Counted from the stretch's first letter, positions 40,608 to 49,815 are shown. The stretch is DNA of 64,000 nt from Nitrospirota bacterium (GCA_963701855.1 CAVPBK010000009.1:192001-256000), one strand, 5' to 3'. Program-made: numbers and translations. The notes: a model not told the origin generated them from the sequence alone.

Positions 40608-41610
40608 AATGCTTGAGAAAGTTTGGCCGGTTGATGTGAGAGTAGACCTATCCACCATCATAGTCAGCACACTGTCGCTCGTCATATTCGCAGCCGGCTC
40701 CGCGTTGGCTGCGGCAGAGGCCTCTCCCGACAAAGCAGTCGCCGAATCACCGTCCGAGCCGGCGCAAGGTGACCGCCGCCTGCTGCCATCGCTGATGGGC
40801 GCCACTCCTGAAGAACGAGCTCGGCTAACCGAAGAGCGACAACGTCTTTCTGCGACCGCCGCAGCTAACGGCACAGACCCCACTGCCATTGTCGGTTATA
40901 ATCAACTCGCGTACGGACATGGCGTTTTCACCAACGGTCTGAACCTTGAGACCGCCACAGCCGTCGTCCAATTACCCATCACCCCGAACTTGGGTATCCG
41001 GGCGACATTGCCCTATGTCTGGGCCGATCTGGATCGACCACGCGGATTCACGACGAACGGCACCAGCGACCTGTTCGTTCGAACAGCCGGACGAGTGTAT
41101 TCCAGCCCAAACCTGGCCTTATTGGTCGGCTTTGATGCCTCCTTTCCGACAGGCTCGAACGATCGACTGAGCACGGGCAAGTATGGCCTTGGACCGGGAG
41201 CCGCAGTCAGAGTCCCGTTGGCCAGGCTGCGTTCATTGTTTATAACGCTGGTTCAGGACTTCAATTCCGTCGGGGGTGATCCCAGTCGCCGCGATATCCA
41301 CTTCATGCAGGTCCAGCCGAGCATCACGACTATTTGGTCCGAACGGTGGTGGACCACGGCAGGGGCGGTCTGGGCTGTGGATTGGAATAACGAACGCAGG
41401 ACGGTCGTCAATCTACAAGGCGAGATCGGGCACAGGCTTGACGATCGTTGGCGCCTATTTGTCCAGCCCGGTGCGGGAGTAGTGGGGAGGGACACCCCAT
41501 TAGGTCTAGACTGGAGCGTGCAAGCCGGTGTGCGTTGGATGTTCTCGGGATCGCTCTTTCCCGAACGACTTTTTGAATCACTCCCAGTGGAAGGGGGCCT
41601 AAAAAACTAA
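40579..41610 (+). CDS. Putative outer membrane beta-barrel protein
   Basis: Signal peptide SLVIFAAGSALA; FPTGSNDRLSTGKYGLGP; amphipathic strands; true start probably near 40637. Confidence 0.7.
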   Translation: MMYPSACSKKMLEKVWPVDVRVDLSTIIVSTLSLVIFAAGSALAAAEASPDKAVAESPSEPAQGDRRLLPSLMGATPEERARLTEERQRLSATAAANGTDPTAIVGYNQLAYGHGVFTNGLNLETATAVVQLPITPNLGIRATLPYVWADLDRPRGFTTNGTSDLFVRTAGRVYSSPNLALLVGFDASFPTGSNDRLSTGKYGLGPGAAVRVPLARLRSLFITLVQDFNSVGGDPSRRDIHFMQVQPSITTIWSERWWTTAGAVWAVDWNNERRTVVNLQGEIGHRLDDRWRLFVQPGAGVVGRDTPLGLDWSVQAGVRWMFSGSLFPERLFESLPVEGGLKN

Positions 41611-41843
41611 CTCTCGCGATGCTCCATGAGAACACCTCGTGTTGAGTCCGACGGAAAAACCATTTACAGGAATTGTTCCAAGCGTCTAAAATTCCCCGCC
41701 AGAAACCGTTGATGCCCTGCGGTAATCGCTTCCCAGGCTCCGGCACCCATTCGACACCACAGAGCCGACACCCTCACTCCGGGCGCCGCGGCGATCAGCC
41801 GTATGAGCTAATGCCCACGTAGAGCAAGATCTTTTTAGTTGCT

Positions 41844-42129
41844 TGCTACCACACTGCTACCGGAATACCCCAACTCAGGTGCATCCAGCCCGATCTCGAC
41901 TACTCCAATTCCTTGAGTTTCAGCTCAGTTACAGGCTCCTGAGTTTGCTGAGTTTGGTCAGCAGGGCATCTCTTAATCAGCGGCTCACATAGGCAGGCCA
42001 TATGGGCATCTCCCGGTTGTTGAAAAACTGATGTGTCAGGACGACCGCATCGTAAACTAAACTACCGGCCGAAGTGAGCACTGCACGACCATGACTTGAA
42101 AGCATGCGAGAACAATGTGCTGTGCTAAT
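41844..42129 (+). repeat. Diverged ~285-bp repeat, copy 2; contains tRNA-Lys(CTT)-like core CTCTTAATCAGCGG (41970-41983)
   Basis: Aligns with 22068-22352; tandem TGCTACC and TGCTAA arm-like repeats at its ends. Confidence 0.85.
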
Positions 42130-42269
42130 TCTCTGCTAAAGCACAGCCAAAAAGACTAAAACAGATCGAACGACCAGACGCCATCGAAATATCGTAACGC
42201 TTTATCTAGCAACAGAAGAACGGGAAACCAGAGTCAACACAGGGAGTTCAAAACTACGTGTTTATCAGC

Positions 42270-42313
42270 CTCATAAGCCGCGTGTCCTCCGTCAATCCGG
42301 GACACCGCCACCA
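42270..42313 (+). pseudogene. Degenerate 3' half of a CAT-anticodon tRNA (att-site remnant)
   Basis: CTCATAA anticodon loop, GCCGC, GTGTC, damaged T-arm, CACCGCC-A-CCA end; no D-arm or 5' acceptor strand upstream. Confidence 0.75.
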
Positions 42314-42478
42314 AACCATGCTGCTTGTGCCGATGGCTCATTATCGGCTTCTCGCAATTGACGCCGTCGGATACATATCTCCAGTGTTTCCTTCACCCAT
42401 CTAATACCGCAATTCGTGCATACCACTCGCTTCATGCTACATCATTTTCAAATCGGAGAAGAACTCATCTGGCGTTCT

Positions 42479-42661
42479 CTACCCGCAACACCCGCCTGCG
42501 AAAACTTGCCGCTGCTGCGATGCACTCCAGCAGCGCTCACACAGTTCAACGGTTGAATGGGTCATCCCATCGACGCAAGTGATTCGGCGCTGAACCAGCA
42601 CCCCACAATCAGAACAGATGCCAAGGGGTGACAGGTCTCCTCTACGCTCTTGGATCAGCAT
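42479..42661 (-). CDS. Small Cys-rich (Zn-ribbon-like) protein
   Basis: CSDC...CERC, ending GGCCG; overlaps the upstream ORF. Confidence 0.45.
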   Translation of the reverse strand: MLIQERRGDLSPLGICSDCGVLVQRRITCVDGMTHSTVELCERCWSASQQRQVFAGGCCG

Positions 42662-42902
42662 AGGAAATCATCTTTGTATTTGGTCGAGCGTCTTGATTGC
42701 AGACGGTCGACATGAACTCCTGCCTGCCTTTGAGATTCACCAGATTCCGCCACAACCGACTCGAAAACGGCTCCGCCTTAACCCGGCACAAATCCCCTTG
42801 CATCTTGCGCAACTGTCCATTTAAGGAATTCACCGTTCGTTCCAGGTCAATGAGCCGCTCTGTCCCAAATAATATTCCTATTGTGCGCATCGTATCCTCC
42901 AT
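42642..42902 (-). CDS. Hypothetical protein co-transcribed with the repressor
   Basis: Starts 7 bp after the repressor stop; GGAGG before an internal ATG. Confidence 0.5.
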   Translation of the reverse strand: MEDTMRTIGILFGTERLIDLERTVNSLNGQLRKMQGDLCRVKAEPFSSRLWRNLVNLKGRQEFMSTVCNQDARPNTKMISYADPRA

Positions 42903-42909
42903 TTTTTCG

Positions 42910-43455
42910 CTACATACTACAATGCCGAATTACGCCAATGAGAATGCCTTCGATATGAAACGTATCTGAAGGCCTCACAATAATCGGCTGCATCGACGCA
43001 TTTGCCGGATGTAGTTCAATATGTGAGTCCTTCTTGAAGTAGGTCTTGATCGTCGCGTCATGATTGACTAACGCAACGATAGTCTGACCGTTCCTGGCCG
43101 TTTCCTGTTTCCGCACCACCACAAGATCGCCGGGAAGAATGCCATCATCTTTCATGGATTCTCCTTTGACTCGGAGCGCAAACGTATTTCCACCACGTAA
43201 CATGCTGGGCGGAACATCGATAAGTTCGGACTGGGGGACTGGTTCAATCGGTGAACCAGCTGCCACTATCCCCACCATAGGAACTTCTGGCAACCGAGCG
43301 AGTTGATCGATCGCCACTTTCACCATTCCAGGAATGCGCCGCATCCCTGCTTCATAACGGGCCACCGACACACGCGTAGTCCGTAACGTTTCAGCCAATT
43401 GCTGTTGCGTCAGTCCCAATTGTTCTCGCACTCGTTTGAGATCGGCAGGCTTCAT
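42910..43455 (-). CDS. lexA: LexA/CI-type repressor: XRE HTH + S24 autopeptidase
   Basis: LKRVREQLGLTQQQLAE...VARYEAG; cleavage site VAAG; catalytic GESM and TIK; ELHPAN. Confidence 0.88.
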   Translation of the reverse strand: MKPADLKRVREQLGLTQQQLAETLRTTRVSVARYEAGMRRIPGMVKVAIDQLARLPEVPMVGIVAAGSPIEPVPQSELIDVPPSMLRGGNTFALRVKGESMKDDGILPGDLVVVRKQETARNGQTIVALVNHDATIKTYFKKDSHIELHPANASMQPIIVRPSDTFHIEGILIGVIRHCSM

Positions 43456-43456
43456 G

Positions 43457-43495
43457 ATGTAACCAATGGTTACATATGGGCAACACCCCTGTCAA
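43457..43495 (-). promoter_or_regulatory. Operator palindrome ATGTAACCA-N-TGGTTACAT (43457-43475) with TTGACA -35 box (43490-43495)
   Basis: Perfect 9-1-9 inverted repeat 1 bp from the repressor start codon. Confidence 0.75.
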
Positions 43496-43550
43496 GCCCC
43501 CGTTCTGGACTCCTAATCGTGAAACAGAAAGTGCTGTCTGGCATTGAGCC

Positions 43551-43894
43551 TGTGCATAACCAAGTCAGAGACACCGCGGCAGGATTGCCAATTCATCACT
43601 CTGACCCGCAAACGGCAATAGACATCTACTATTTGGTATTTCTATTAGGTTTAACCCTTATGGCCACCATATATTGTGGTGCTGCAGGGGGTTGAACCAA
43701 TGCCTAATTTCTAGGCAAAGACGTATTTGAGCCAAGAAAATGGCAGGAAATTGAGTGACGGAGAGACTTATGAACAGGTTTATCCACAGAAGCTGGGGAG
43801 AGGGTTTTGTGGCAATAATATCGCTAGACTCATCACGCCAAAATGCTGTGGATAAGCCAGTTTTTATTTTGTCAATCGCTTTTCTTGGGGATAA
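43551..43894. promoter_or_regulatory. Cluster of DnaA-box-like 9-mers
   Basis: TGTGCATAA 43551, TTATGAACA 43768, TTATCCACA 43780, TGTGGATAA 43847, TGGGGATAA 43886. Confidence 0.65.
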
Positions 43895-43932
43895 ATCGTG
43901 GAAGGGAAACCTTTTTAGGCTCTAGTGGGGTA

Positions 43933-44043
43933 CTACTTCTTGTGTGGTTTCTTCTTGGGCTTCGGGAGCGAAGACTTGGGGACCGAGAGGACAGTACTCA
44001 TCGCAGCTTTCAATCGTTCAAATGGGGTTTGTGGCGTCGGCAA
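43933..44043 (-). CDS. Small basic peptide (36 aa, not in ORF track)
   Basis: TTG start; MPTPQTPFERLKAAMSTVLSVPKSSLPKPKKKPHKK; TG-N-TATTAT 8 nt upstream. Confidence 0.45.
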   Translation of the reverse strand: MPTPQTPFERLKAAMSTVLSVPKSSLPKPKKKPHKK

Positions 44044-44082
44044 TGGTCAGCATAATATCACTTCCCTTCTGGGGGGTCTACA

Positions 44083-44931
44083 ATGACTCCCTACGACCCA
44101 TTTATCCATTTACGTCGAAGCCTCTTTTTATCACGGACTGATCTCATGGCGATGCTTACCGTTTATTGTGACGACAGCGGTACCGATGAGGAGAGTTCCG
44201 TTGCTGTCGTCGCTGGATATTTAAGTAATGTCGCCCAGTGGGAGATTTTTACGAAGGAATGGATGGCGGTCCTTAAAGATGTTGGCATTAATAGAATGCG
44301 CAGAGCTGACCTGGAAAATTTCCAGAAGGAGTTTAAAAAGTGGAATCCAACACGTCGCACGGACTTAGTAATACGACTCCAGCAGATCATTAAGAGGCGT
44401 ACGAAAACTCCGGTGGCTAGCATGGTGATCAAGGAAGATTTTGAACGATTCATACATGACCCACTTAAGAAGTGGGCATGCGGTGTGTACGGCTTTTTGG
44501 CTTATACGTGTCTAGTCGGTATCGGTCAGTGGTGTAGTAAGTCCTCCAGGCAGCATTGCGACCCCATTCAATGGGTTTTTGAAACTGGAACTGAAGGGGA
44601 ACGTCAAGTTGCCCAGATGTTCCAGGCGACCTACGCTGATGAAGTGTACCGTCAAAGGTCACGTCTCGGCGGATGGTCGTTCCTCGGAAAGGACACGGCA
44701 CCATTGCAGTCAGCAGATCTTCTGGCCTATGAGTGCTTTAAGTACCTCAGCAATCAGATTGTTGAACCAAGTAAGAGGCGCCCACTTCGAGCTTCATGGC
44801 TCGACTTGCTTAAAGATGAACAGTATTCATATGTCAAAGTGTTTAATAGGCAATCGTTGGAGCATTTCGCGACCATATGGGAAAAACATGGATTTACCTC
44901 TGATGATTATTTACGCCTCCCCCGCCCTTGA
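44083..44931 (+). CDS. DUF3800-domain protein
   Basis: VYCDDSG...VVAGY at the N-terminus and LQSADLLAY near the C-terminus; lower GC than flanks. Confidence 0.85.
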   Translation: MTPYDPFIHLRRSLFLSRTDLMAMLTVYCDDSGTDEESSVAVVAGYLSNVAQWEIFTKEWMAVLKDVGINRMRRADLENFQKEFKKWNPTRRTDLVIRLQQIIKRRTKTPVASMVIKEDFERFIHDPLKKWACGVYGFLAYTCLVGIGQWCSKSSRQHCDPIQWVFETGTEGERQVAQMFQATYADEVYRQRSRLGGWSFLGKDTAPLQSADLLAYECFKYLSNQIVEPSKRRPLRASWLDLLKDEQYSYVKVFNRQSLEHFATIWEKHGFTSDDYLRLPRP

Positions 44932-45077
44932 CGTTTATATTCACCAGGAGGCTGTTGCTTAATGCGTCGTTTGTCCAATCAGGTCTTTGTACTCAACGCG
45001 CTTTCCAACAATGGAGGACATCGCTTCCATGAAACGCCCTTGGTTATTGTCCTTACGAGTCTTGAATCAGGAATGAG

Positions 45078-45689
45078 TTATTTCTGAGGTGGGGCACTGA
45101 GGAAACGGATGGCTTCAGCAATTTCGCGACTGATCGTCGTCAACGCACGGCTGTGTGCAGCGACCATTGTCTCATAACTTCCACCCCTACCGGACTCCCT
45201 GACCGTCGAGCGACCTGTCTGCAGGACTCCATCGGAAACTCGCTTGACGGTCCAGAGGGCATCGATGGTCACCGACTCTCCGAGTGTCGAGTCGAATCGT
45301 TGGATGTCTACAAGGACACGATAGTTGGCATTATCCCCCGCACTCTGCGGATAGGCCGCCACTCGTTTCACGTTCAAATCTGCAGCCAGATTGTCTGCAA
45401 TAATACGTGGAATTTCGGTCTTGAGGGATCCGGCCCATCGATGTAACTCCACGAACGTGACTTCATTCGGCCCCACTCGAAGCACAAACTGAGGACGATC
45501 AACGACCTCCGGCAGCGTGATGGGACCCACCGCAATGCTGTAGGCAGACTCGCCGCTTGCCGAAGTGGCCGGATTGACCGTTACGCCGGTGCTGAGTGTA
45601 TAGTATGTTTCTCTTGGCGAACCGAAGCAGCCGGTGAACGACGAGATCGTCAGGAATAGAGCCGCCGACCACAGGTATCCGTATCTCAC
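45078..45689 (-). CDS. pqiC: PqiC-family lipoprotein
   Basis: Lipobox FTGC; YYTL, VGPITLPEVVDRPQFV, HRWA, DIQRFD. Confidence 0.9.
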   Translation of the reverse strand: MRYGYLWSAALFLTISSFTGCFGSPRETYYTLSTGVTVNPATSASGESAYSIAVGPITLPEVVDRPQFVLRVGPNEVTFVELHRWAGSLKTEIPRIIADNLAADLNVKRVAAYPQSAGDNANYRVLVDIQRFDSTLGESVTIDALWTVKRVSDGVLQTGRSTVRESGRGGSYETMVAAHSRALTTISREIAEAIRFLSAPPQK

Positions 45690-47323
45690 CGTTTGCTCTC
45701 CTTCTTCCCACGAATCAACGATTCAGGTTGACGCTCCAATAATTCGGTCAGCTCGCGGAGCGATTGCGCGGCCCTCGAGAGGTCCCGCAGCGAGGTTCGG
45801 AGATCCTGCTGCAGCGGGGAATCGGAGGCCAACGCCTGTTCGGTCGTGTTCAGGAGACGCCGCGCGTCGTCCAAGGCGGACTTGGCCGCCGGCGCGACTT
45901 CTTTATCCATCCGTTTCACCATTTGCTCCGCGCCCACCAACGTACGGTTCAGCGATTGAAGCGCTGTGCGCAAATCTGCGCTGATCTGCCCAATCGGCAT
46001 TTCTTCCAGTTTCTTGGAGAGGTTCATCAAGGTGGCTTGCAATTCGACCATCATGCCTGGCTGGGTCGGGAACTCCGGGGGGCTCGTCGCCCAATTGATT
46101 TTCGCCGGAGCGGCGTTGGGGAACATGTCGAACGTAATATACATTTGTCCGGTCAGGAGACTCCCGGTCTTCATTTGCGCGCGAAACCCCGCTTCAACCA
46201 TTTTGTCGATCCGGGCCTTTTGTACGGCCGGAGTCGGATCTTCCAGCCTTTCTCGGCTCAGCGCCCGTAAACGTCCTGGGTAGATCGCCACATCAACCGG
46301 GAAACGGAATCGTCCCAATTGCTGGTCAAATCCCGTCATGATGCTTTTCACTTCACCCAGCGCCACTCCGTTGAGCTCAACGGGAGCCCCCACCGTCAAC
46401 CCGCGCAATGATTCCTCAAAAAACATGGTGAACACCAGCGTCTCGCTCTCCGGCTGCTTCATGGCCGCGGCGCGGTCTGGAAACAGGGTAAAGGCCGTAT
46501 CGGGGTCGGCTGGGGGCAACGCCTCTGACCCGGCAGGCGCCTCGAAAGCCAAGCCGCCGAGCATGATAGACATCAGGCCCTCGGTATTGACCTTGACGCC
46601 CGACGCATCGGCAGTGATGTCAATGCCGCTCACGTCCCAGAAGCGCGTGTTGGAGTTCACGAACTTGTCATACGGCGACTCGACGTAGATTTTCACCGTG
46701 ACGCCCGAGCCATCCGGGTTCAATTGATTGACCGACACCTTCCCTACTCGAATGCGACGAAACAGGACCGGCGTCCCGACGTCGTGCGACCCGAGGTCTT
46801 TGCCATGGAGGACGAACTGGCGGCCCGGTACATCGTCGGTGTTGAACGGCTCCACTTCCAGGCCTTCGAATTCCTCCCGCTTGGTCGAGGATTCGCCGCG
46901 ATCCATCTCGATGTAGGACCCGGAGAAGAGCGTCCCGAGCCCCGACACCTGCCCGCCCGAGATCCGAGGCTTGACGATCCAGAACCTGACATCCTCTACG
47001 AGATGAGGTTCGACTCCCTTTTGCATCTCCGCTTTCACCACGACGCGCTCGAGATCCTTGGAGAAACCGACGGATTTCACCTCGCCGATATCGATGTTCT
47101 TATACTTGACTTTGGTCTTGCCGGCCTCGATGCCTTCCGCCGTCTTGAAGGTGACCGTGACCGTGGGCCCTTTCTCGAGAATCGTTTTGACTGCCAGCCA
47201 GCCTCCGATCAATACGGCCACGATCGGAATCAGCCAGATGAGCTGAGGCGACGACTTCCGCTTAGGCTTGGCGACCGCCGACGGAATGTCCGTGAGATCA
47301 GGTCCGCGCGATCCTTCAAACAT
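45686..47323 (-). CDS. pqiB: PqiB MCE-domain intermembrane transport protein
   Basis: IWLIPIVA, AEGIEAGKTKVKYK, RFWIVKPR, three MCE repeats, LERQPESLIRG. Confidence 0.93.
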   Translation of the reverse strand: MFEGSRGPDLTDIPSAVAKPKRKSSPQLIWLIPIVAVLIGGWLAVKTILEKGPTVTVTFKTAEGIEAGKTKVKYKNIDIGEVKSVGFSKDLERVVVKAEMQKGVEPHLVEDVRFWIVKPRISGGQVSGLGTLFSGSYIEMDRGESSTKREEFEGLEVEPFNTDDVPGRQFVLHGKDLGSHDVGTPVLFRRIRVGKVSVNQLNPDGSGVTVKIYVESPYDKFVNSNTRFWDVSGIDITADASGVKVNTEGLMSIMLGGLAFEAPAGSEALPPADPDTAFTLFPDRAAAMKQPESETLVFTMFFEESLRGLTVGAPVELNGVALGEVKSIMTGFDQQLGRFRFPVDVAIYPGRLRALSRERLEDPTPAVQKARIDKMVEAGFRAQMKTGSLLTGQMYITFDMFPNAAPAKINWATSPPEFPTQPGMMVELQATLMNLSKKLEEMPIGQISADLRTALQSLNRTLVGAEQMVKRMDKEVAPAAKSALDDARRLLNTTEQALASDSPLQQDLRTSLRDLSRAAQSLRELTELLERQPESLIRGKKESKR

Positions 47324-48554
47324 GATGCGCCTCTTTGGGTTCCCAAAGCAGCCGCGGGTCAAACGCCATCGCGGCAAACATCGTCAAGACCACCACGGCG
47401 CCGAACGCTGCCACCGCCAGGCCCGGTTGAATCGACGCCAGCCCTTTCAGTTGGACGAGCGCCACAAGAATCAAGACCACATACACATCCAGCATCGACC
47501 AGGGGCCGACGAATTCAAGAATCCGATACAGTTTCGTACGTTCCAGCGACCGATGTGTCCAACCCAGTTGGACCGAGATGAGAAGATAGGTGAGGGACAG
47601 CATTTTTGCAAGGGGCACCACGATGCTCGCAATGAACACCACCAAAGCGATATGCCACGAACCCGAGTGCCAGAGGTACACGACACCGCTCATGATGGTG
47701 TCGGATTGAGCGCCGAACAGCGACCCTGTACGCATCATCGGCAAGACGTTCGCCGGCACGTAAAGAATATAGGCGGCAATGAGCAGGGCCCATGTCCGCG
47801 CGATACTGTCGGGCTTGCGTAGATGAAGCGCGGCGCCGCACCGCCGGCAGCGCACATCGTGGCTTCCGGCAACCAGCCGCGATAAGCTGCCGCACCCATG
47901 GCAGGTGCACAATCCCAACTGGCTTGCCGTGACAGCCGACTCGTTCACTCGCTCCTCCTTCACCATGCTCCACAGTTCATGCACATTGAACGAAGCGATG
48001 GCGCCCGTGAGTAAGAGAATGAGGCCCCCGAACGACCAGAGAGCGATTCCCGGCACGACATGCGCGAGGTGCACGAGTTTCACCAGCGCAACGAGCACGC
48101 CGAGAATGAACACCTGCGTCATGCTCCACGGCCGCACCGATTGCAAGATCCTGAGAATCGGCGCCAACCCCTGTGGCATCTGCCCCAGCTTCAACGGCAA
48201 GAGCACATACAGCATCAGAGACAGTTCTAGGGCAGGGATCAGAATGGTTGTGATGAACACCAGTGCGGCCACGCCTTCCATATCATTCTTCCAGATGGTC
48301 TCGACCGCCCCATAGAGACTCGTCGCATTTTTAATTCCCGCCGCCTCTAAGCCGACGATCGGAAACACATTGGCAATGATGAACAGGAACGCCGCCCCGA
48401 GCGTAAAGGCGAGTCCGCGATCGATACTGTCAGGGATGTCACGAAAGAGCACGGCGCCGCAGCGCGGGCAACAGGCGACACCGCCCGGCGGGAGGATCGG
48501 CTCCCGTTGCAAGAGATCGCATTCATGACAGGCAGTCAACGCAAGCGACTTCAT
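47316..48554 (-). CDS. pqiA: PqiA inner membrane protein (two fused halves)
   Basis: CHECDLL, CPRCG, RPWSM; CHGCG, CRRCG, LYVPANVLPMM, PWSMLDVYVV, FDPRLLW. Confidence 0.93.
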   Translation of the reverse strand: MKSLALTACHECDLLQREPILPPGGVACCPRCGAVLFRDIPDSIDRGLAFTLGAAFLFIIANVFPIVGLEAAGIKNATSLYGAVETIWKNDMEGVAALVFITTILIPALELSLMLYVLLPLKLGQMPQGLAPILRILQSVRPWSMTQVFILGVLVALVKLVHLAHVVPGIALWSFGGLILLLTGAIASFNVHELWSMVKEERVNESAVTASQLGLCTCHGCGSLSRLVAGSHDVRCRRCGAALHLRKPDSIARTWALLIAAYILYVPANVLPMMRTGSLFGAQSDTIMSGVVYLWHSGSWHIALVVFIASIVVPLAKMLSLTYLLISVQLGWTHRSLERTKLYRILEFVGPWSMLDVYVVLILVALVQLKGLASIQPGLAVAAFGAVVVLTMFAAMAFDPRLLWEPKEAHHV

Positions 48555-48556
48555 AA

Positions 48557-48640
48557 GTCTGGTCTGTTTCGTTTGTTTGGTTGAACCAGACTAACCAGAT
48601 CAACCGGTTGAGCTTTAGATATTAAAATAACCAGACAGAG
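48557..48640. repeat. REP-like 9-mer periodic element (CCAGA family), homologous to 57756-57873
   Basis: GGTCTGTTTCGTTTGTTTGGTTGAACCAGACTAACCAGAT matches the reverse complement of about 57795-57835. Confidence 0.7.
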
Positions 48641-48795
48641 CCTATTCAACCCCTTAAGCCACTCGCGACGGGCGAGCCTGGCTGGAAAAGCTGCCACTGG
48701 CGCGGTCTGAAGACAGAAGGTCGGAGTTCGAAGTTCCGAACACTTTCGCCTTCGGCCCGTCTTTCCCGCTCGTCGCGCATCGCTCGCAATGCGAG

Positions 48796-49815
48796 CTAAG
48801 GCCGGTCTGCATGCGTCACTTTGCCTGGCCTGATCCAGCCATGCCGGAAAAAATACTCGGACAGAAAGTTCACGGCCTGCTCGATACTACGACTCGTCAT
48901 CTGTCCCATAGCAGAGCGATAGCTCTTAATGGCACCCACACCGATGTTCGCCGCAGCGACGCCGACCGTCAGGCCTCCCGCAGCAGCAGCGCCGGCCGGA
49001 CCAGTAACGATGGCGCCAGGCATGGACCCGCTGTCGGCATGAGTGTCGAATTCCAGCAGCTTCGAAGCCTCGGTCTCTGGTTCTCTGCTGGACTGATCCA
49101 ACCCATACCCATAGAGCTGAACGCGAATGTCCACCTTCGACTGTCCTTTACCAAACCCAATGACCAACCGCGCTCCCTTGTTGCCCTCATCCACGTCGAG
49201 AAATTGTCCGATAATGCCCAGCGCGCCCTTCGGCAACAGGGTGTTGCTGGGAACTCGCCGAGCCGGCAATCCGAGATTCTGGATCCCTGTGACCAGTTCG
49301 TCGCCCGCGACTGTACGAACCTCTCCTATGATTTCTCCCTCGTGTTTATATGTCGTCGTGTCCGAAAAATCATTGATGGTTCCCTGGAGGAAACCCGCAT
49401 TTTCATGTACCTGTTCTCTGGTCACGGCAAAGTCGTAGACATAAATCTCAGAAGGCCGCTGGAGGTTCCATCTGGCGCTCTCATATTGAGAGTCAACCAG
49501 GGTTTTGGCGCAGCCTGCCATCACGACTATCCCCAGCAGGGCGACCAAAAGCCCTGGGCCACGGCAACCCCGTCCAGTCCCCTGCCGAATACCGTCACCA
49601 CTACTTGTCAACGCGCCTCTTCGAGCTGCCATGAGCGGCCACATACAGACTCTCCCTGTCTTCTCACTAGCCAGCATTATTGATGCGGGTTCCGAGTCGC
49701 GGGATACGGGATATGCGATTCGCGATCCGGGACACGTGATCCGGGATTCAAAGCGCGCATCCCGTATCCCACATCCCCTCTCGCCCCTCTCGCTGATGCC
49801 ACCGCTACCGATCAA
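48796..49815 (-). CDS. DUF4410-like lipoprotein (true start uncertain)
   Basis: Lipobox MAGC; IYVYDF; DVDEGNKGARLVIGFGKG; SGSMPG. Confidence 0.8.
   Translation of the reverse strand: MIGSGGISERGERGCGIRDARFESRITCPGSRIAYPVSRDSEPASIMLASEKTGRVCMWPLMAARRGALTSSGDGIRQGTGRGCRGPGLLVALLGIVVMAGCAKTLVDSQYESARWNLQRPSEIYVYDFAVTREQVHENAGFLQGTINDFSDTTTYKHEGEIIGEVRTVAGDELVTGIQNLGLPARRVPSNTLLPKGALGIIGQFLDVDEGNKGARLVIGFGKGQSKVDIRVQLYGYGLDQSSREPETEASKLLEFDTHADSGSMPGAIVTGPAGAAAAGGLTVGVAAANIGVGAIKSYRSAMGQMTSRSIEQAVNFLSEYFFRHGWIRPGKVTHADRP
49695..49775. repeat. Heptamer tandem repeat with inverted copy
   Basis: GGGATAC GGGATAT GCGATTC GCGATCC GGGACAC GTGATCC GGGATTC followed by GCATCCC GTATCCC ACATCCC. Confidence 0.8.

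Noticed and set aside
42230..42313. Intact tRNA-Met
   Set aside because: No 5' acceptor strand or D-arm, and the T-loop is damaged; treated as an att remnant
43540..43704. MITE bounded by GGCATTG inverted repeats
   Set aside because: Only 7 bp match and no target-site duplication
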